In this document: in pieces, positions 53,621 through 64,000 of the stretch
Layout of the letters: each line of letters opens with the position of its first letter
Position numbering within the stretch: the stretch's first letter is position 1
Assembly (NCBI GenBank): GCA_963813715.1
Contig: CAWFAK010000017.1
Span: 224,001-288,000, forward strand
DNA: 64,000 bases
DNA from: an uncultured Planctomycetaceae bacterium
GTDB taxonomy: Bacteria > Planctomycetota > Planctomycetia > Planctomycetales > Planctomycetaceae
Direction: 5' to 3'
The notes under the pieces: model-generated
The model's database searches: none
Told to the model about the DNA's origin: nothing
The model's input: the letters and a program-made list of their open reading frames with translations, nothing else
Position numbers and translations under genes: made by a program

Positions 53621-54613
53621 CATGAGCAAGTGACGTTCCCAAAAATCGCCGCCATCATCATCAACTACAAAACCCCCGTTTTGACTCTGGATTGTCTGGC
53701 CTCGCTCCAGCCGGAGTTGGCGGACCTTCCTAATTCTCGGGCATTTGTGGTGGACAATGCGTCAAACGACGACTCCGTTTCCATTATGGAACGCGAGATA
53801 AAATCGCGGTCCTGGGAAAGTTGGGTGGAAATCGTCAGATCGGAGCAAAACGCCGGCTTCTCAGCGGGCAACAACCTCGGGATCGCCGCCGCCCGTCAGC
53901 TGGGAGAGCTTGATGGTTACTTATTGACTAACAGCGACACGATCATCCATCGCGGCGCCGTCAAAGCGCTCGCCGTGGCACTGACGCGCTCGCCGAAGAC
54001 TGGACTGGTCGGTCCGCGGCTCGAATGGCCCTCCGGTGAGGTCCAAGCCAGCTGCTTCCGCGCGATCAGTCCGGTGCGTGAGCTGGCGGCCGCAGCCAAG
54101 ACAGGCGTGCTGTCCCGACTCCTTCGCGGCGACCTGCCGATTCCCATGGATCCGCGCGACGGTGCCCAGTCCGAAACCGTGGAGTGGATCAGCTTCGCCT
54201 GCGTCCTGGTGCGGGCGGAAGCCTTCGCCGCCATCGGCCCGATGGATGAGGGCTTTTTCATGTATTACGAGGATGTCGACTACTCCTGCCGCGCTCGCGC
54301 GGCCGGCTGGCAAATTGCTTATGCTCCGGAAGCCCGGGTCGTACATCTGCGCGGCGATCGCACCCCTCAGGAGTTTGCCCAGGAAGAGCGAAAACGCCGT
54401 CCGCGGTTTTACTACGAGGCGCGGTCGCGATACCTGGCCAAGCACTACGGACGCACCGGTCCGCTACGGGCCAATTTGTGCTGGACGCTGGGGCGGGGGA
54501 TTTCTCTCTTACGCGAACTGACGTCGGGAAAGCTTCCGCATACTGTCGCCAACGAAGCTCGCGACATTTGGACCGGCGCGCTTTGCGGATTCTCCGGACA
54601 ATTGACTAACTAA
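53621..54613 (+). CDS. GT2 family glycosyltransferase (start region frameshifted or uncertain)
   Basis: IINY, VDNAS.D, GFSAGNN, NSDT, FFMYYEDVD. Confidence 0.9.
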   Translation, partial: HEQVTFPKIAAIIINYKTPVLTLDCLASLQPELADLPNSRAFVVDNASNDDSVSIMEREIKSRSWESWVEIVRSEQNAGFSAGNNLGIAAARQLGELDGYLLTNSDTIIHRGAVKALAVALTRSPKTGLVGPRLEWPSGEVQASCFRAISPVRELAAAAKTGVLSRLLRGDLPIPMDPRDGAQSETVEWISFACVLVRAEAFAAIGPMDEGFFMYYEDVDYSCRARAAGWQIAYAPEARVVHLRGDRTPQEFAQEERKRRPRFYYEARSRYLAKHYGRTGPLRANLCWTLGRGISLLRELTSGKLPHTVANEARDIWTGALCGFSGQLTN

Positions 54614-54615
54614 CC

Positions 54616-55731
54616 TTGCGTACAGGCCTAATCGGAACTCAGGTGACGTCGAGCCAATCAAGCGACCGCGAAATTAAGCCCGTGGTTCGCGTCGGTTGCT
54701 GTGCCGAAGTGACCGATCCGGCCTGGCGTTGGCTGGGCGACGACCTAGGGCCGCCCCTGGCTCAGTGGACGGTGGTGCTGACCCGCCCCCGCAATCAGTG
54801 GGAACGGGTGATCAAGCGGCCCGCGCTCGCCCGTTATCGGGCCTGTCGCGAATTGGCCCGCGGGGCGGCTACTGGCAAGTTCGATCTGATCTTCACGCAC
54901 TTACCCCTCATGACCTGTTGGACGGAGCTCTTTAGCTTGGGGCGTCGTCGCTGTCCACACATAGCGTTCGCCTTCAATTTCACCGATCTGCCGGGCGGCC
55001 GGCGGCTGGCCCTGATGAGGCGGGCCTTTCGCACGGTCGATCAGTTCATCGTCTTCTCGAGTTTCGAGCGCAATCTCTATAGCGAGTACTTCGGCATCCC
55101 CGAGGATCGCATCGACGTGATCCCGTGGCGCATCCGCGACCCCCGCGCCTCGACCGCGTTGAATCGCGACGCGACGTCAGCGACTGCATCCGGAGTCGCG
55201 GATCGGCTGAACGCCATCTGTGCCGTCGGCAGCCAGGGGCGCGACTATGCCACGCTATTTGAGGCGATGCGACTGGTGCCGCACATCCCGCTCGTTCTGG
55301 TGGCGGGAGCCAAGAATCTGGAGGGGCTCAGCCCGCCCCCCAACGTCGAGGTCCGCCAAAACATCCCCCTGGCTGAGGCCGAGTCCGTGATGCGGCGTTC
55401 GCGATTTGTCGTCGTGCCTCTGCGGGATGAGCGGACGGCCTGCGGGCACGTGACGATCATTTACTCGATGTTTCAGGAGCGGGCCGTCGTGGCGACCAAT
55501 TCGGCGGCGCTCGCAGAATACGTCGTTCCCGGCGGCACGGGCGTTTTCGTTCCCCCTCAAGACGCAAGTGCTTTGGCCCGCGCCATCGAGGACTTGTGGA
55601 GCAGGCCTGACGAAGCCGCCCGCCTCGGCGCCACCGGCCGTGAGTTTGCCTTGGCCAATTGCCTGGAATCGCAAACCGTGGCTTACATCGGCCGACTGAT
55701 CGAACGGGTCAAAACGACGGGCCAGGTTTAA
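54616..55731 (+). CDS. GT4 family glycosyltransferase
   Basis: RDYATL, FVVVPL, AVVAT, G..VPPQD...LARAI. Confidence 0.85.
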   Translation: MRTGLIGTQVTSSQSSDREIKPVVRVGCCAEVTDPAWRWLGDDLGPPLAQWTVVLTRPRNQWERVIKRPALARYRACRELARGAATGKFDLIFTHLPLMTCWTELFSLGRRRCPHIAFAFNFTDLPGGRRLALMRRAFRTVDQFIVFSSFERNLYSEYFGIPEDRIDVIPWRIRDPRASTALNRDATSATASGVADRLNAICAVGSQGRDYATLFEAMRLVPHIPLVLVAGAKNLEGLSPPPNVEVRQNIPLAEAESVMRRSRFVVVPLRDERTACGHVTIIYSMFQERAVVATNSAALAEYVVPGGTGVFVPPQDASALARAIEDLWSRPDEAARLGATGREFALANCLESQTVAYIGRLIERVKTTGQV

Positions 55732-55792
55732 TTCGATCCGATGGCGGGCTCACAACCGCGTTCTGCGTCGCTCACGGTCTTCGATCGCCCTA

Positions 55793-57214
55793 TCACACCG
55801 AAGTGGTCGCGCCGCTCCGCGCGCCAGCGGGTTGCGGCGGCCAAAGCGCCCGCCGCGGGCCGGTCTTTTGCAGCGGCAGCGCGGCCTCGAAGGCCTCCAT
55901 GGGCTCAGGCTTCGCGAAGACCGGGCGCAGCACGGCCCCGCTCACTCCGCCGATTACCGCCGTGATCACGGGGTTGAGCATGGCGTTCAGAATGTTGTCG
56001 ATCGAATACAGAGTCAGAATCACGGCAAACGCGCAGATTGCCGCAAAGGAGGGATCGCTCCACAAAGGCCCCTTCAGCCGCCACCAGAGGCGGATCGGCG
56101 GAAGTATGTAGATCATCGTCACAGCCGCCAGGCCGATGACCCCCGATTCGCCGAGCGCGATAATCCACTCGCCGTCGGTCGTCGAGATGTCCTTACCGTA
56201 CTCGTTGAGCACGCGGCTGCGGCCGAAGCGGCCCCAGCCCCACCAATACCGCTGCAGGGCCTTGGTGGAGAGGATGTCTTCGTTTTGCAGTCGAAACTCT
56301 AATGACTGGGCCCGCTCTCGGCCGACCGTGCTCTCGGCGATGTGGACCATTTGCATCCCGTCCCAATAGGAGCCGGCCCGCAGCATCGGATACACCACGG
56401 CCGGCACACAGAGGAACACAATGGGCGTCGCCCGGCCCAATTTGCGAATCGCGAACAGACAGCCGAGTCCGGCCATCATAAGGACTATTGCACCCGTCGA
56501 CTTGCAAAAGATGGTCGTGACGAACAGCGCGAAGATCATCCAGCCCGAGTCGCGCTTGCCGATCTTCTTGAGAGCGCCCGTGAACCACATCCAAATCCCC
56601 AGGATCGACGCGCTCGTCATCCACATGCCGAGCATCAATCCGCTGGCCATCAAACCCTGAGGCCGCCAGCCGCCGAGCCGGGTGCCGGAAAAGCCCCCCT
56701 CGACGCCGTAAAGGAACTTCGAAATCTGCGGGCTCATGCGGATTTCAAACCAGCAAATCGGAATGTAGATGAGCGCTCCAATGACGAAGCCGAAGGCCAG
56801 TTCCTTTAGGGCCTCGGCATCAGTGAAGTAGACGCGGCCGATGAAGTACGGCATGCCCCAGGTGATGCACCGGTTGACCGACCACGACAACGAGTCGTAC
56901 ATGTCGATCCCTTCGACGCTGTTCGTGACGAAGGGCATGAAACACCAGATAACGATCGGCAGGTCGATCCAGCGCGGGCGAATCGAGAGCAGCGCGTCGA
57001 TATCGAACACCATGGCCGCCAAGAGAATGCCTGCGCAGGTCGCTGCCATCTTCGAATAGTCGGGCAGGCCCGGCAGGTCGAAGGTTGCTGCGGGCAGAAA
57101 CAGCCAGCCGGCCATGAACGCGGTGACAACGGCGCGCCGCGGCGGCAGCCACATGAACAGTAGCAACACGCAGGGTACCCAGCCGAACAGGGTAATCGGA
57201 ACCAGAATCGTCAT
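55793..57214 (-). CDS. O-antigen ligase/Wzy-like polymerase membrane protein
   Basis: Multi-TM; KSTGA, SLEFRL, GWG, E.G..G. Confidence 0.8.
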   Translation of the reverse strand: MTILVPITLFGWVPCVLLLFMWLPPRRAVVTAFMAGWLFLPAATFDLPGLPDYSKMAATCAGILLAAMVFDIDALLSIRPRWIDLPIVIWCFMPFVTNSVEGIDMYDSLSWSVNRCITWGMPYFIGRVYFTDAEALKELAFGFVIGALIYIPICWFEIRMSPQISKFLYGVEGGFSGTRLGGWRPQGLMASGLMLGMWMTSASILGIWMWFTGALKKIGKRDSGWMIFALFVTTIFCKSTGAIVLMMAGLGCLFAIRKLGRATPIVFLCVPAVVYPMLRAGSYWDGMQMVHIAESTVGRERAQSLEFRLQNEDILSTKALQRYWWGWGRFGRSRVLNEYGKDISTTDGEWIIALGESGVIGLAAVTMIYILPPIRLWWRLKGPLWSDPSFAAICAFAVILTLYSIDNILNAMLNPVITAVIGGVSGAVLRPVFAKPEPMEAFEAALPLQKTGPRRALWPPQPAGARSGATTSV

Positions 57215-58524
57215 GCGTTCGTTCTCGGCCGATTCGTTGCGCGGGTGGCCCGACCCCGGCGGCGCTCGACCACTGCAGCGTAGGTTTCGACCGTCTGTTC
57301 CGCAATCGACCGCGGAGCGTACCGTCGGGCCACGTCGGACCGAGCGGCCTCGCCCAGCTGCGCGCCCCATTCCGGCGCGTCGAGCAAGCGGGCGATCTGG
57401 TTTGCGAGCGACCGCGGATCGCCGGAAGCGAACAACAAGCCCGTTTCCAGGTCGCGGACGATTTCGGCGAGGCCGCCGGAGTTGGCGACGATCACCGGGC
57501 AGCCGAGACTCAACGCCTCGACGGCCGTGTAGCCAAAGGTCTCATAACGCGAGGGGACGATAGTGACCAGTCCACGCCGTCGAAACGCGTCGATCGCGCC
57601 GGGCGGCTGCTGTCCATGGACGACGATCCGTTTGCGGACGTTCGTATCGGGAACACGCCGGTTGAGGTACGCGTCGACGTGAACCAGCTCGCCCGTCTCG
57701 TCGAGCAGGCCACGATCGGGCCCGACAAAATCGAGCGTGAGAGTCGGGCGAGCGGCCGCCAGGAGCGCGAACGCGTCGATCATCACGTCGCCTCCCTTAT
57801 GACGATCAAAGCGGCCAACGAACACGATGCGGTTTCGATCGCAGTCGGGGAGATTCCAAGCCGGGCCGCGCAGTCGGCAATCGATGGGGGGCGGGATCAC
57901 CGCCGCGTGCTCGAGCGCCAGTCCATAGTGCGCACGCGTTTGTTCCAGCGTGTCGCGCGATGGTGACGTGACTGCGTCGGCGCGGGCGATGACCTCGCGC
58001 TCCAATCGGTCTCGGCGGGCAAAAGCAGCGTCTTCCTTCACGCCCAGTGCGCGGCCGTTCAAAAACCACGGGCCGTGCAAGCGAACCACGACCGGCACTC
58101 GTCCCAGCTTGATGACGGGCAGCGCCAAGCCCAGCGCCTCCTCGATCTCGATCAAATCGAGCGGAAACCGTTCGACCGCAACGCGCGCGGCACGTGCCAT
58201 CATGGTTAGCCGTGTGTTGAGCAGAATGTCGGCTCCGAACAAGCGGCTGGCCTTATTGGCCACTCGGCTCCAAAGTGTGCTTCGCGGCTGGAACTGCGAG
58301 ATGTCGAGAATGTCGCCGGAGTCGGACGCGGTTTGCGGCTGCTGGTCAGTGCTCGGCGCGACGTGCCAGGTCAAGATCACCGGGCGGACGCCCAGTTCGC
58401 GAAGTGCTGCCTCAAGCTCGACCGTGTGCGTGACGATGCCGTTGGGCGAGGCGCCGCGCGGCCAGTCCGGGGTCGACAACCCCACACAGAGCGGGCCACG
58501 TCGCGTGGAGGTTTCCGCACTCAT
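57211..58524 (-). CDS. GT4 family glycosyltransferase
   Basis: FVGRFDRHKG, PSRYETFGYTAVEA, GGLAEIV. Confidence 0.92.
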   Translation of the reverse strand: MSAETSTRRGPLCVGLSTPDWPRGASPNGIVTHTVELEAALRELGVRPVILTWHVAPSTDQQPQTASDSGDILDISQFQPRSTLWSRVANKASRLFGADILLNTRLTMMARAARVAVERFPLDLIEIEEALGLALPVIKLGRVPVVVRLHGPWFLNGRALGVKEDAAFARRDRLEREVIARADAVTSPSRDTLEQTRAHYGLALEHAAVIPPPIDCRLRGPAWNLPDCDRNRIVFVGRFDRHKGGDVMIDAFALLAAARPTLTLDFVGPDRGLLDETGELVHVDAYLNRRVPDTNVRKRIVVHGQQPPGAIDAFRRRGLVTIVPSRYETFGYTAVEALSLGCPVIVANSGGLAEIVRDLETGLLFASGDPRSLANQIARLLDAPEWGAQLGEAARSDVARRYAPRSIAEQTVETYAAVVERRRGRATRATNRPRTNA

Positions 58525-58542
58525 GCGTTGAGAATGAACAAA

Positions 58543-59997
58543 TCAGGGAACGAATCGCATGAAGACCAGACCGACGGCACAACCCGCCAGCGTCATGGCC
58601 ACAGGCCAGAGCTCCCGTCCGAACCGCAAGAGCCCGGCCCGGTATAAGGTCGCATATAGGATGACCAGCACCGGAGTCTCCGACAGCGCCACCGCCCACA
58701 CGACCCCCGGTAGCCCCCACTGGTAATAGGACAGCGGAACCGAGATCACGACCCAGACCGTGCGGACGGCCAGGCTAAACGCGATCGCCCGCGTCGCGTC
58801 GATGGCGATGCAGCATGCCGAAAGCGGGTTGAACAGGCACTTCATTGCCGAGCGAATGCAAAGGATCTGAAAGATCCAACCGGCTTCCCAGAATTTGTCC
58901 GACAAAAGGAGCTTCACGATCCCGGTGCCGGCCGTCATGCAAAATCCGAGCGCGGGCATGTGCAACAGCTCCATGACCCCGCGCAGTCGGTAAAACGAGC
59001 GGATCAGGTCGCTCTTGGCAGTGCGGAAGGCCGAGCTGTACGCCGGAAACAGGACTTGTCGCGACAGCCGCTGATTGAGCGAAACCAATGGGTCGGCCAG
59101 CTTGATCGCCAGTCCGTAAACGCCGACCTGACCGATCGAGATGTAGCGCCCCAAGAGTAGCACGTCGAGCTGCCGGGCCGTGAAGTCGAGCGCGCTATTC
59201 ACAAAGATCCATTTGCCGAAATGAAACTGCGTGCGTGCCGCGTCGCGCTCGAAGTGAAACCGACTGGGCGGGCCCGGCAGCGCCAGGTGCGAGAGCACGA
59301 GCACCAGCACGCAGCCCACGGTCGTGCCGCCGGTGAAGGCCCACACCGATGGCCACATCCACGCCCAGGCGACGGTGACGAGAAAGCCCGAGAGCTGCCT
59401 TAGAAATTCCAGCACCGTCACCCGCTCGAGCTTCATGTGCCGCACGCACCAATGCAGCGCCGAAGCGTCGAAACTGTCGATCAACACGGTCAGCCCGACG
59501 ACGGGAATCAAGATTCCGAGAATCGGCTGCTTATAAAACCAGGCGTACGGAAAGCCCAGGGCGCAGGCCAGGAGCCACAGCCCGACTCCTCGCACCGCTT
59601 GCAGCGTCCACGCAGTGTTGAGGAACGCCGGATCGTCGCCGCGCTGATCGCGAATAATGGCCGGCCCGGAACCGGTCGCGGTGAAGTTCGCGAGCCCTTC
59701 GAGAAAAACGTTCGCCAGGCGATAGAGTCCGTACGCTTCGCGATCGAGCAGTCGCGTGAGGACGACGCTGCTCACCAGACTCAGCGCCTGCCCGCCGCCA
59801 AAGCCGATCATCGTGACGGCGGAGCCGCGGAGGATTTGGGGCCGCCCAATCGACTGACGAGCGTCGGCGGCAATGGTGCCAACGGTCGCGGTCGCGTCGC
59901 CTGCGTTGGGCGCCGCGGCGGAACTGCTGGCTGATCCCTCGAGGCTGTCGGTCGGTGGCTCAACGACAACGGGGATGGACGGAGAAGATGCAGGCAT
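58543..59997 (-). CDS. wzx: Wzx-type oligosaccharide flippase
   Basis: LTRLL...YG, LNTAWT, D.LLLG......GVY; about 12 TM. Confidence 0.88.
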   Translation of the reverse strand: MPASSPSIPVVVEPPTDSLEGSASSSAAAPNAGDATATVGTIAADARQSIGRPQILRGSAVTMIGFGGGQALSLVSSVVLTRLLDREAYGLYRLANVFLEGLANFTATGSGPAIIRDQRGDDPAFLNTAWTLQAVRGVGLWLLACALGFPYAWFYKQPILGILIPVVGLTVLIDSFDASALHWCVRHMKLERVTVLEFLRQLSGFLVTVAWAWMWPSVWAFTGGTTVGCVLVLVLSHLALPGPPSRFHFERDAARTQFHFGKWIFVNSALDFTARQLDVLLLGRYISIGQVGVYGLAIKLADPLVSLNQRLSRQVLFPAYSSAFRTAKSDLIRSFYRLRGVMELLHMPALGFCMTAGTGIVKLLLSDKFWEAGWIFQILCIRSAMKCLFNPLSACCIAIDATRAIAFSLAVRTVWVVISVPLSYYQWGLPGVVWAVALSETPVLVILYATLYRAGLLRFGRELWPVAMTLAGCAVGLVFMRFVP

Positions 59998-60358
59998 CGA
60001 AGTGCGAAATTACCGGTCAGCGCGTTTAGAGTCTAGGGTGCTTGTCTCAAATCAACGATCGCCTTCGCGACATTCGAATTCAGACAAGCGCTCCGTTCTG
60101 GCACGAGTTTCGCGTGTCACGCACAAATTCGCGCAGTCTTGATCTTGATTGTTTACGCGCGCGGCGCGTGATGTATTCTCAGCGTCGCGCATCGCTTTTG
60201 GGTGCGGGCGGCGAAGTCTGGACGGCTTCCGCGTGGAGACGGCGGGCAATTCGATGCAGCAGGGACGCGACTGACATTGATGCAACTGAGGTTGTTGCAA
60301 CTGGCACTGTCGGCATTGTAATTTCGTCCGCTGATTGAAATGTGAGAGCGAACTTCGC

Positions 60359-61161
60359 ATGTCCCCCAGTGATCTTTTGAATCCCATCGACCAGGACGCT
60401 TTGCGCCGCACGTCCGGAAGTCAAAACCTGTCCCCAATTTCGTCATCGACAATTTTCTGAAGCCCGACTTTGCCCAGCGCGTTGCCGAGGCATTTCCGCC
60501 TTACCAGCAGGCACTGGCGGTGGGGCGATCGTTTCAGGCGGTGAACGAAAAAGGAAAAGTTCAGGTCACGGATTCTGCACAATTCCCCGAGCCGATCCGC
60601 CAACTGAACGAGCTGCTGGCAGCGCCCGAGTTGCTCGGTCTGCTCTCGTATGCACTTGATATTCCCGAATTACTGGCCGACTCCCAATTGGTCGGGGGCG
60701 GCATGCATCAGACGGCGGCCCGCGGCCACCTGGACGTCCACGTCGATTTCAATTTTCTCGAAGAGCGGCAGTGGCACCGCCGCGCCAACCTGCTGATCTT
60801 TTTCAATCGCGAATGGCCGGCCGAATGGGGCGGCGAGTTCGAGCTGTGGGATGCGGAGGTGAAGGTCCGGCATCACGCCCACTTGCCGATCTTCAATCGT
60901 TGCGTGGTGTTCGAGACCAACGAAATCAGTTTCCACGGCGTGTCGGCCGTCAAATGCCCGCCCGGCCAGGCGCGGAAGTCGTTCGCCGCCTATTACTACA
61001 CGACGGCGGCGCCCGCGCACTGGGGCGGCCAGTCGCACTCCACGATCTTTCGCGCCCGCCCCGACGAATTTCTCAAGGGCACGGTGGCGATGCCCGCCGA
61101 AAAGGCCAAGCGTTGGTTTCACGGCGCCCTGCGGCGGATGAAGCAGCGAACCTTGGGCTAA
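60359..61161 (+). CDS. 2OG-Fe(II) oxygenase; frameshift near 60415
   Basis: HVD, GGEFELW, HGV, RKS facial triad and 2OG-binding motifs. Confidence 0.88.
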
Positions 61162-61221
61162 CCGGCGACTGCGACCAATTAGGGAGCGGCCAACGGTAGA
61201 GAGCGGGCGAAGTAGGGAGTT

Positions 61222-62118
61222 ATGAAGCCAAATTATCTGGTGATCGGTGCGGCCAAATGCGCCACGACCACGATCCGCGTGCTTCTTGGACGCCATCCGG
61301 ACATCTTCATGGTGCGTCCGGAGCCTCAGTTCTTTAACGACGATTGGGTCTTCAAGCGCGGTCACAAGTGGTACGAGTCGCTCTTCGACGAAGCGGGCGA
61401 TCGCCCGTGGCGCGGCGAAGGCTCGAATTCGTACACGATGCACGAGCGGTTTCCGCAGGCCTTCGAGCGGCTGACCAGCTTTCTGCCCAAGCTCAAGCTG
61501 TTCTATGTCGTCCGCGAGCCCTTTTCGCGGATCGAGTCGTTCTGGCTCGAGCTCCGCTCGCATCATCCCGACTACGCTCATCCCGATTTCAATAAGGCCG
61601 TCTTTGCCAACCGGGCCGATTTAACCGATGCGTCCAACTACCTGCGGCAGCTCGAGCCGTATCGAAAGTTTTATGGCGACGACTCGATTCACGTCGTCTT
61701 CTACGAGGACTTTCGCCGCGATCCGGCCCTGGTGCTGAAGCGGTGCTTCGAGTTCCTGGGCGTCGATGCGAACGTCGACGTGTCGGCGGGCAAGACGCGG
61801 CTCAACGAATCGGACGGCAAAACGATCGCCGCTCCCTTTCTCTCGCAGCTTCGCTCGATCCGCGTTTACCGGCGGGCCGTTGACCGCGTCCCCTTTTTCC
61901 TGCGCGACACGGTGGCCCGCACGTTCTTCTATCAAAAGGTCACAGAGCGTCCGCAGTGGCGACCCGAAACGCGAGCCTGGGTGTCGCACCTGCTGCGGGA
62001 CGATCTGCGGTCGTTCCTCACGCAATATGGGAAGCCGGCCGATTTCTGGAATCTCGAGCCGGCGCTCCCCGAAGAACGTCCACGCGTCGCCGCCCCGGCC
62101 GAGGTCGCGGCGACCTAA
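61222..62118 (+). CDS. PAPS-dependent sulfotransferase
   Basis: IGAAKCATT 5'-PSB loop, REP..R..S 3'-PB motif. Confidence 0.9.
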   Translation: MKPNYLVIGAAKCATTTIRVLLGRHPDIFMVRPEPQFFNDDWVFKRGHKWYESLFDEAGDRPWRGEGSNSYTMHERFPQAFERLTSFLPKLKLFYVVREPFSRIESFWLELRSHHPDYAHPDFNKAVFANRADLTDASNYLRQLEPYRKFYGDDSIHVVFYEDFRRDPALVLKRCFEFLGVDANVDVSAGKTRLNESDGKTIAAPFLSQLRSIRVYRRAVDRVPFFLRDTVARTFFYQKVTERPQWRPETRAWVSHLLRDDLRSFLTQYGKPADFWNLEPALPEERPRVAAPAEVAAT

Positions 62119-62176
62119 CGGACGGAAATCGTCGCACCGCGATACGGAACGTGCGGCTGGCGAGTCGCACCCACTC

Positions 62177-63346
62177 TTAGTGGAACGCGCTGTATTCCTT
62201 GCCCAGCACCGACTGCGCCACTTTGAGCTTGAGGATTTCGTCCGTCCCCTCGTAAATGCGGCACACGCGGACGTCTTTCCAGTGGCGGCCCGGGCGATAC
62301 AGTTCCGAGTAGCCCCGCCCGCCGAGCACCTGGATTGCCCGATCAGCCGCCTCGCAGGCCGCGTTGCTGGCGAAGTATTTCGCGTGCGCGGCCAGCATGT
62401 CGGCCTTCTCTCGCAATTGCGCGTTTTTGCGGTCGGCGTTGGAGGCCTGTTTGGCGGCGACGGCCGTGAACAACAGGCTGTCGGCCGCTTGTCGGCTGAT
62501 CTCGATCTGCGCGATGTGGTCCTGCACGAGTTGATGCTTGGCGATGGGCTTGCCGTGCTGGTGCCGTTCTTTCGCGTAGGCGATGGCCTCGATCAGGCAA
62601 TCCTCGATCACGCCGACGCAGCCGGCCGCCACGCTCAGCCGGCCGCTGATCAGCGTGGTCATCGCGATCCGGAAACCGTTTCCCTCCTCGCCCAGCAGGT
62701 TGTGGGCTGGCACCGCATGGTCCACGAGCTCGAACATGGCCGTGTTGGAGGTCGGCAGGCCGAGCTTGGCGGTCAAATCCTCGCAATGGAAACCGGGCCC
62801 GTCGGTGTCGACGATAAACGCGCTCACCCGTTCCTTTTTTCCCTCGGGGTAGGCAAACACGATGATCGTCTGGGCAATGCCCCCGTTGGAGATCAGATAT
62901 TTCACGCCGTTCAGGAGGAAGTGGTCCCCTTCGCGGCGATAGGTGGACGTCATCTCGAGCGGATTTGAGCCGGCGTCCGGCTCGGTGAGGCCGAACGCCA
63001 TGATCTTGTCGCCCTTGGCCGCGGCGGGGAGATAGCGCCGCTTCTGCTCATCATTGCCCCAGTCCATGATGGGCATCTGGCCGATCGAGATGTGGCCGGA
63101 AAACAGCGTGCGCAGCCCGGTTCCCTCGCGTCCGATGCGGATCAGCGCCTTGGCATACGTCGACAGGTCACAGCCCCGTCCGCCGTACTCGGTCGGCGTG
63201 AGCATGCCGAACAGGTTGTACTTTTTCGCCAGCTCGATCGACTCCGCGTTGAAGCGGTGTTCGAGATAGCAGATTTCCTCGGTCGGTCGAACTTCCTGAC
63301 AAAAGGCTTCGACGTCGGCCAACAGGGCGGCATTGGAAGTGGTCAT
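62177..63346 (-). CDS. Acyl-CoA dehydrogenase
   Basis: FGLTEPDAGS, NGVKYLISNG, QVLGGRGY, IYEGTDEI. Confidence 0.95.
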   Translation of the reverse strand: MTTSNAALLADVEAFCQEVRPTEEICYLEHRFNAESIELAKKYNLFGMLTPTEYGGRGCDLSTYAKALIRIGREGTGLRTLFSGHISIGQMPIMDWGNDEQKRRYLPAAAKGDKIMAFGLTEPDAGSNPLEMTSTYRREGDHFLLNGVKYLISNGGIAQTIIVFAYPEGKKERVSAFIVDTDGPGFHCEDLTAKLGLPTSNTAMFELVDHAVPAHNLLGEEGNGFRIAMTTLISGRLSVAAGCVGVIEDCLIEAIAYAKERHQHGKPIAKHQLVQDHIAQIEISRQAADSLLFTAVAAKQASNADRKNAQLREKADMLAAHAKYFASNAACEAADRAIQVLGGRGYSELYRPGRHWKDVRVCRIYEGTDEILKLKVAQSVLGKEYSAFH

Positions 63347-63527
63347 AAGAGGTGCCGTTGCTGAGTGCGCGTGCGGAAAAGAATTGGTTTGAGAACCGCT
63401 GTATGATACGAAGACAGGCACATGATACGAAGAGGACTCCGCGGGGGCTATTGCAGCTGATCAAGTGCAGCCGCGCCAGCCGTGAGGTCCGCTGGCTGTC
63501 TCTGCCTTATCTTCGAGTTGTCGAACT

Positions 63528-64000
63528 ATGTCGCTCAATCTTGCGTCGCTCCTCAGGAATTCGGCCGCCGCCACGCCGAACTTGACCGCCACGATCGACG
63601 ATGCGGGGCAGCTGACGTTCGCCGAGCTCGACGAAGCCGCGCGACGGTTTGCCGGCGAACTCCGGGCGAGCGGCGTCAAACCGGGCGACCGCGTGGCGCT
63701 GATGGTGCCGAACCTCCCCGGCTTCACGATCGCCTATTTCGGAACGCTTTACGCCGGCTGCGTCGTCGTGCCGCTCAACACGTTGCTCGTTGCGAATGAG
63801 GTCGCCTTTCAACTGGAGGACAGCGAGGCCCGCGCTCTGGTAGTGCATCCGCAAACCGCGGCCGTTGCGATTGAGGCAGCCGAGCGCGTTCCCGGCTGCG
63901 GACAGATTTACACGATTGGCTTCAGCCCCGCCGCTGCGCTGCCCGCCGACGCGAAACGATTTGAAGAAGTGATTCACTCGGCCCCCGTGTGCGACCTGGC
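63528..64000 (+). CDS. Long-chain fatty acid-CoA ligase (AMP-binding), N-terminal part; runs off the window
   Basis: Manual translation: LTFAELD...GVKPGDRVALMVPN...AG.VVVPLN. Confidence 0.88.
   Translation, partial: MSLNLASLLRNSAAATPNLTATIDDAGQLTFAELDEAARRFAGELRASGVKPGDRVALMVPNLPGFTIAYFGTLYAGCVVVPLNTLLVANEVAFQLEDSEARALVVHPQTAAVAIEAAERVPGCGQIYTIGFSPAAALPADAKRFEEVIHSAPVCDL

Overview
GC-rich bacterial DNA, very probably from a planctomycete (DUF1559 prepilin-like gene, LEPRxLL export motif, ZAS-type Ser/Thr kinase, large TPR proteins). About 20 otherwise intact genes are split by single-base frameshifts, which suggests uncorrected long-read indels. The window has two halves. The left half (1-34.1 kb) looks like accessory DNA ending at a serine-recombinase remnant that runs into a tRNA-Pro(CGG). 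It holds three blocks. (i) A regulatory block: sigma54 promoter and enhancer-like palindromes, STAS protein, ECF sigma, zinc anti-sigma and a GAF-PAS sigma54 activator. A shared GTAAC-N16-TCATCCRAT promoter precedes both the anti-sigma and a methionine-rich lipoprotein/MsrQP-like operon, which is followed by hydrolases, an SDR and an RclA-like flavoprotein. (ii) A bacillithiol-type operon (bshA, bshB1 and a roughly half-size BshC-like protein) coupled to a secreted PIG-L deacetylase and a Na+/solute symporter. (iii) A FabF/ACP/glycosyltransferase/methyltransferase cluster. The right half holds an orphan GroES, amidohydrolase, MlrC peptidase, TPR proteins, an ABC exporter with an ECF/anti-sigma pair, a secreted animal-type heme peroxidase, a Wzx/Wzy polysaccharide cluster with sulfotransferase and 2OG oxygenase, and fatty-acid catabolism genes. 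All assignments come from motif recognition by eye; no searches were run.
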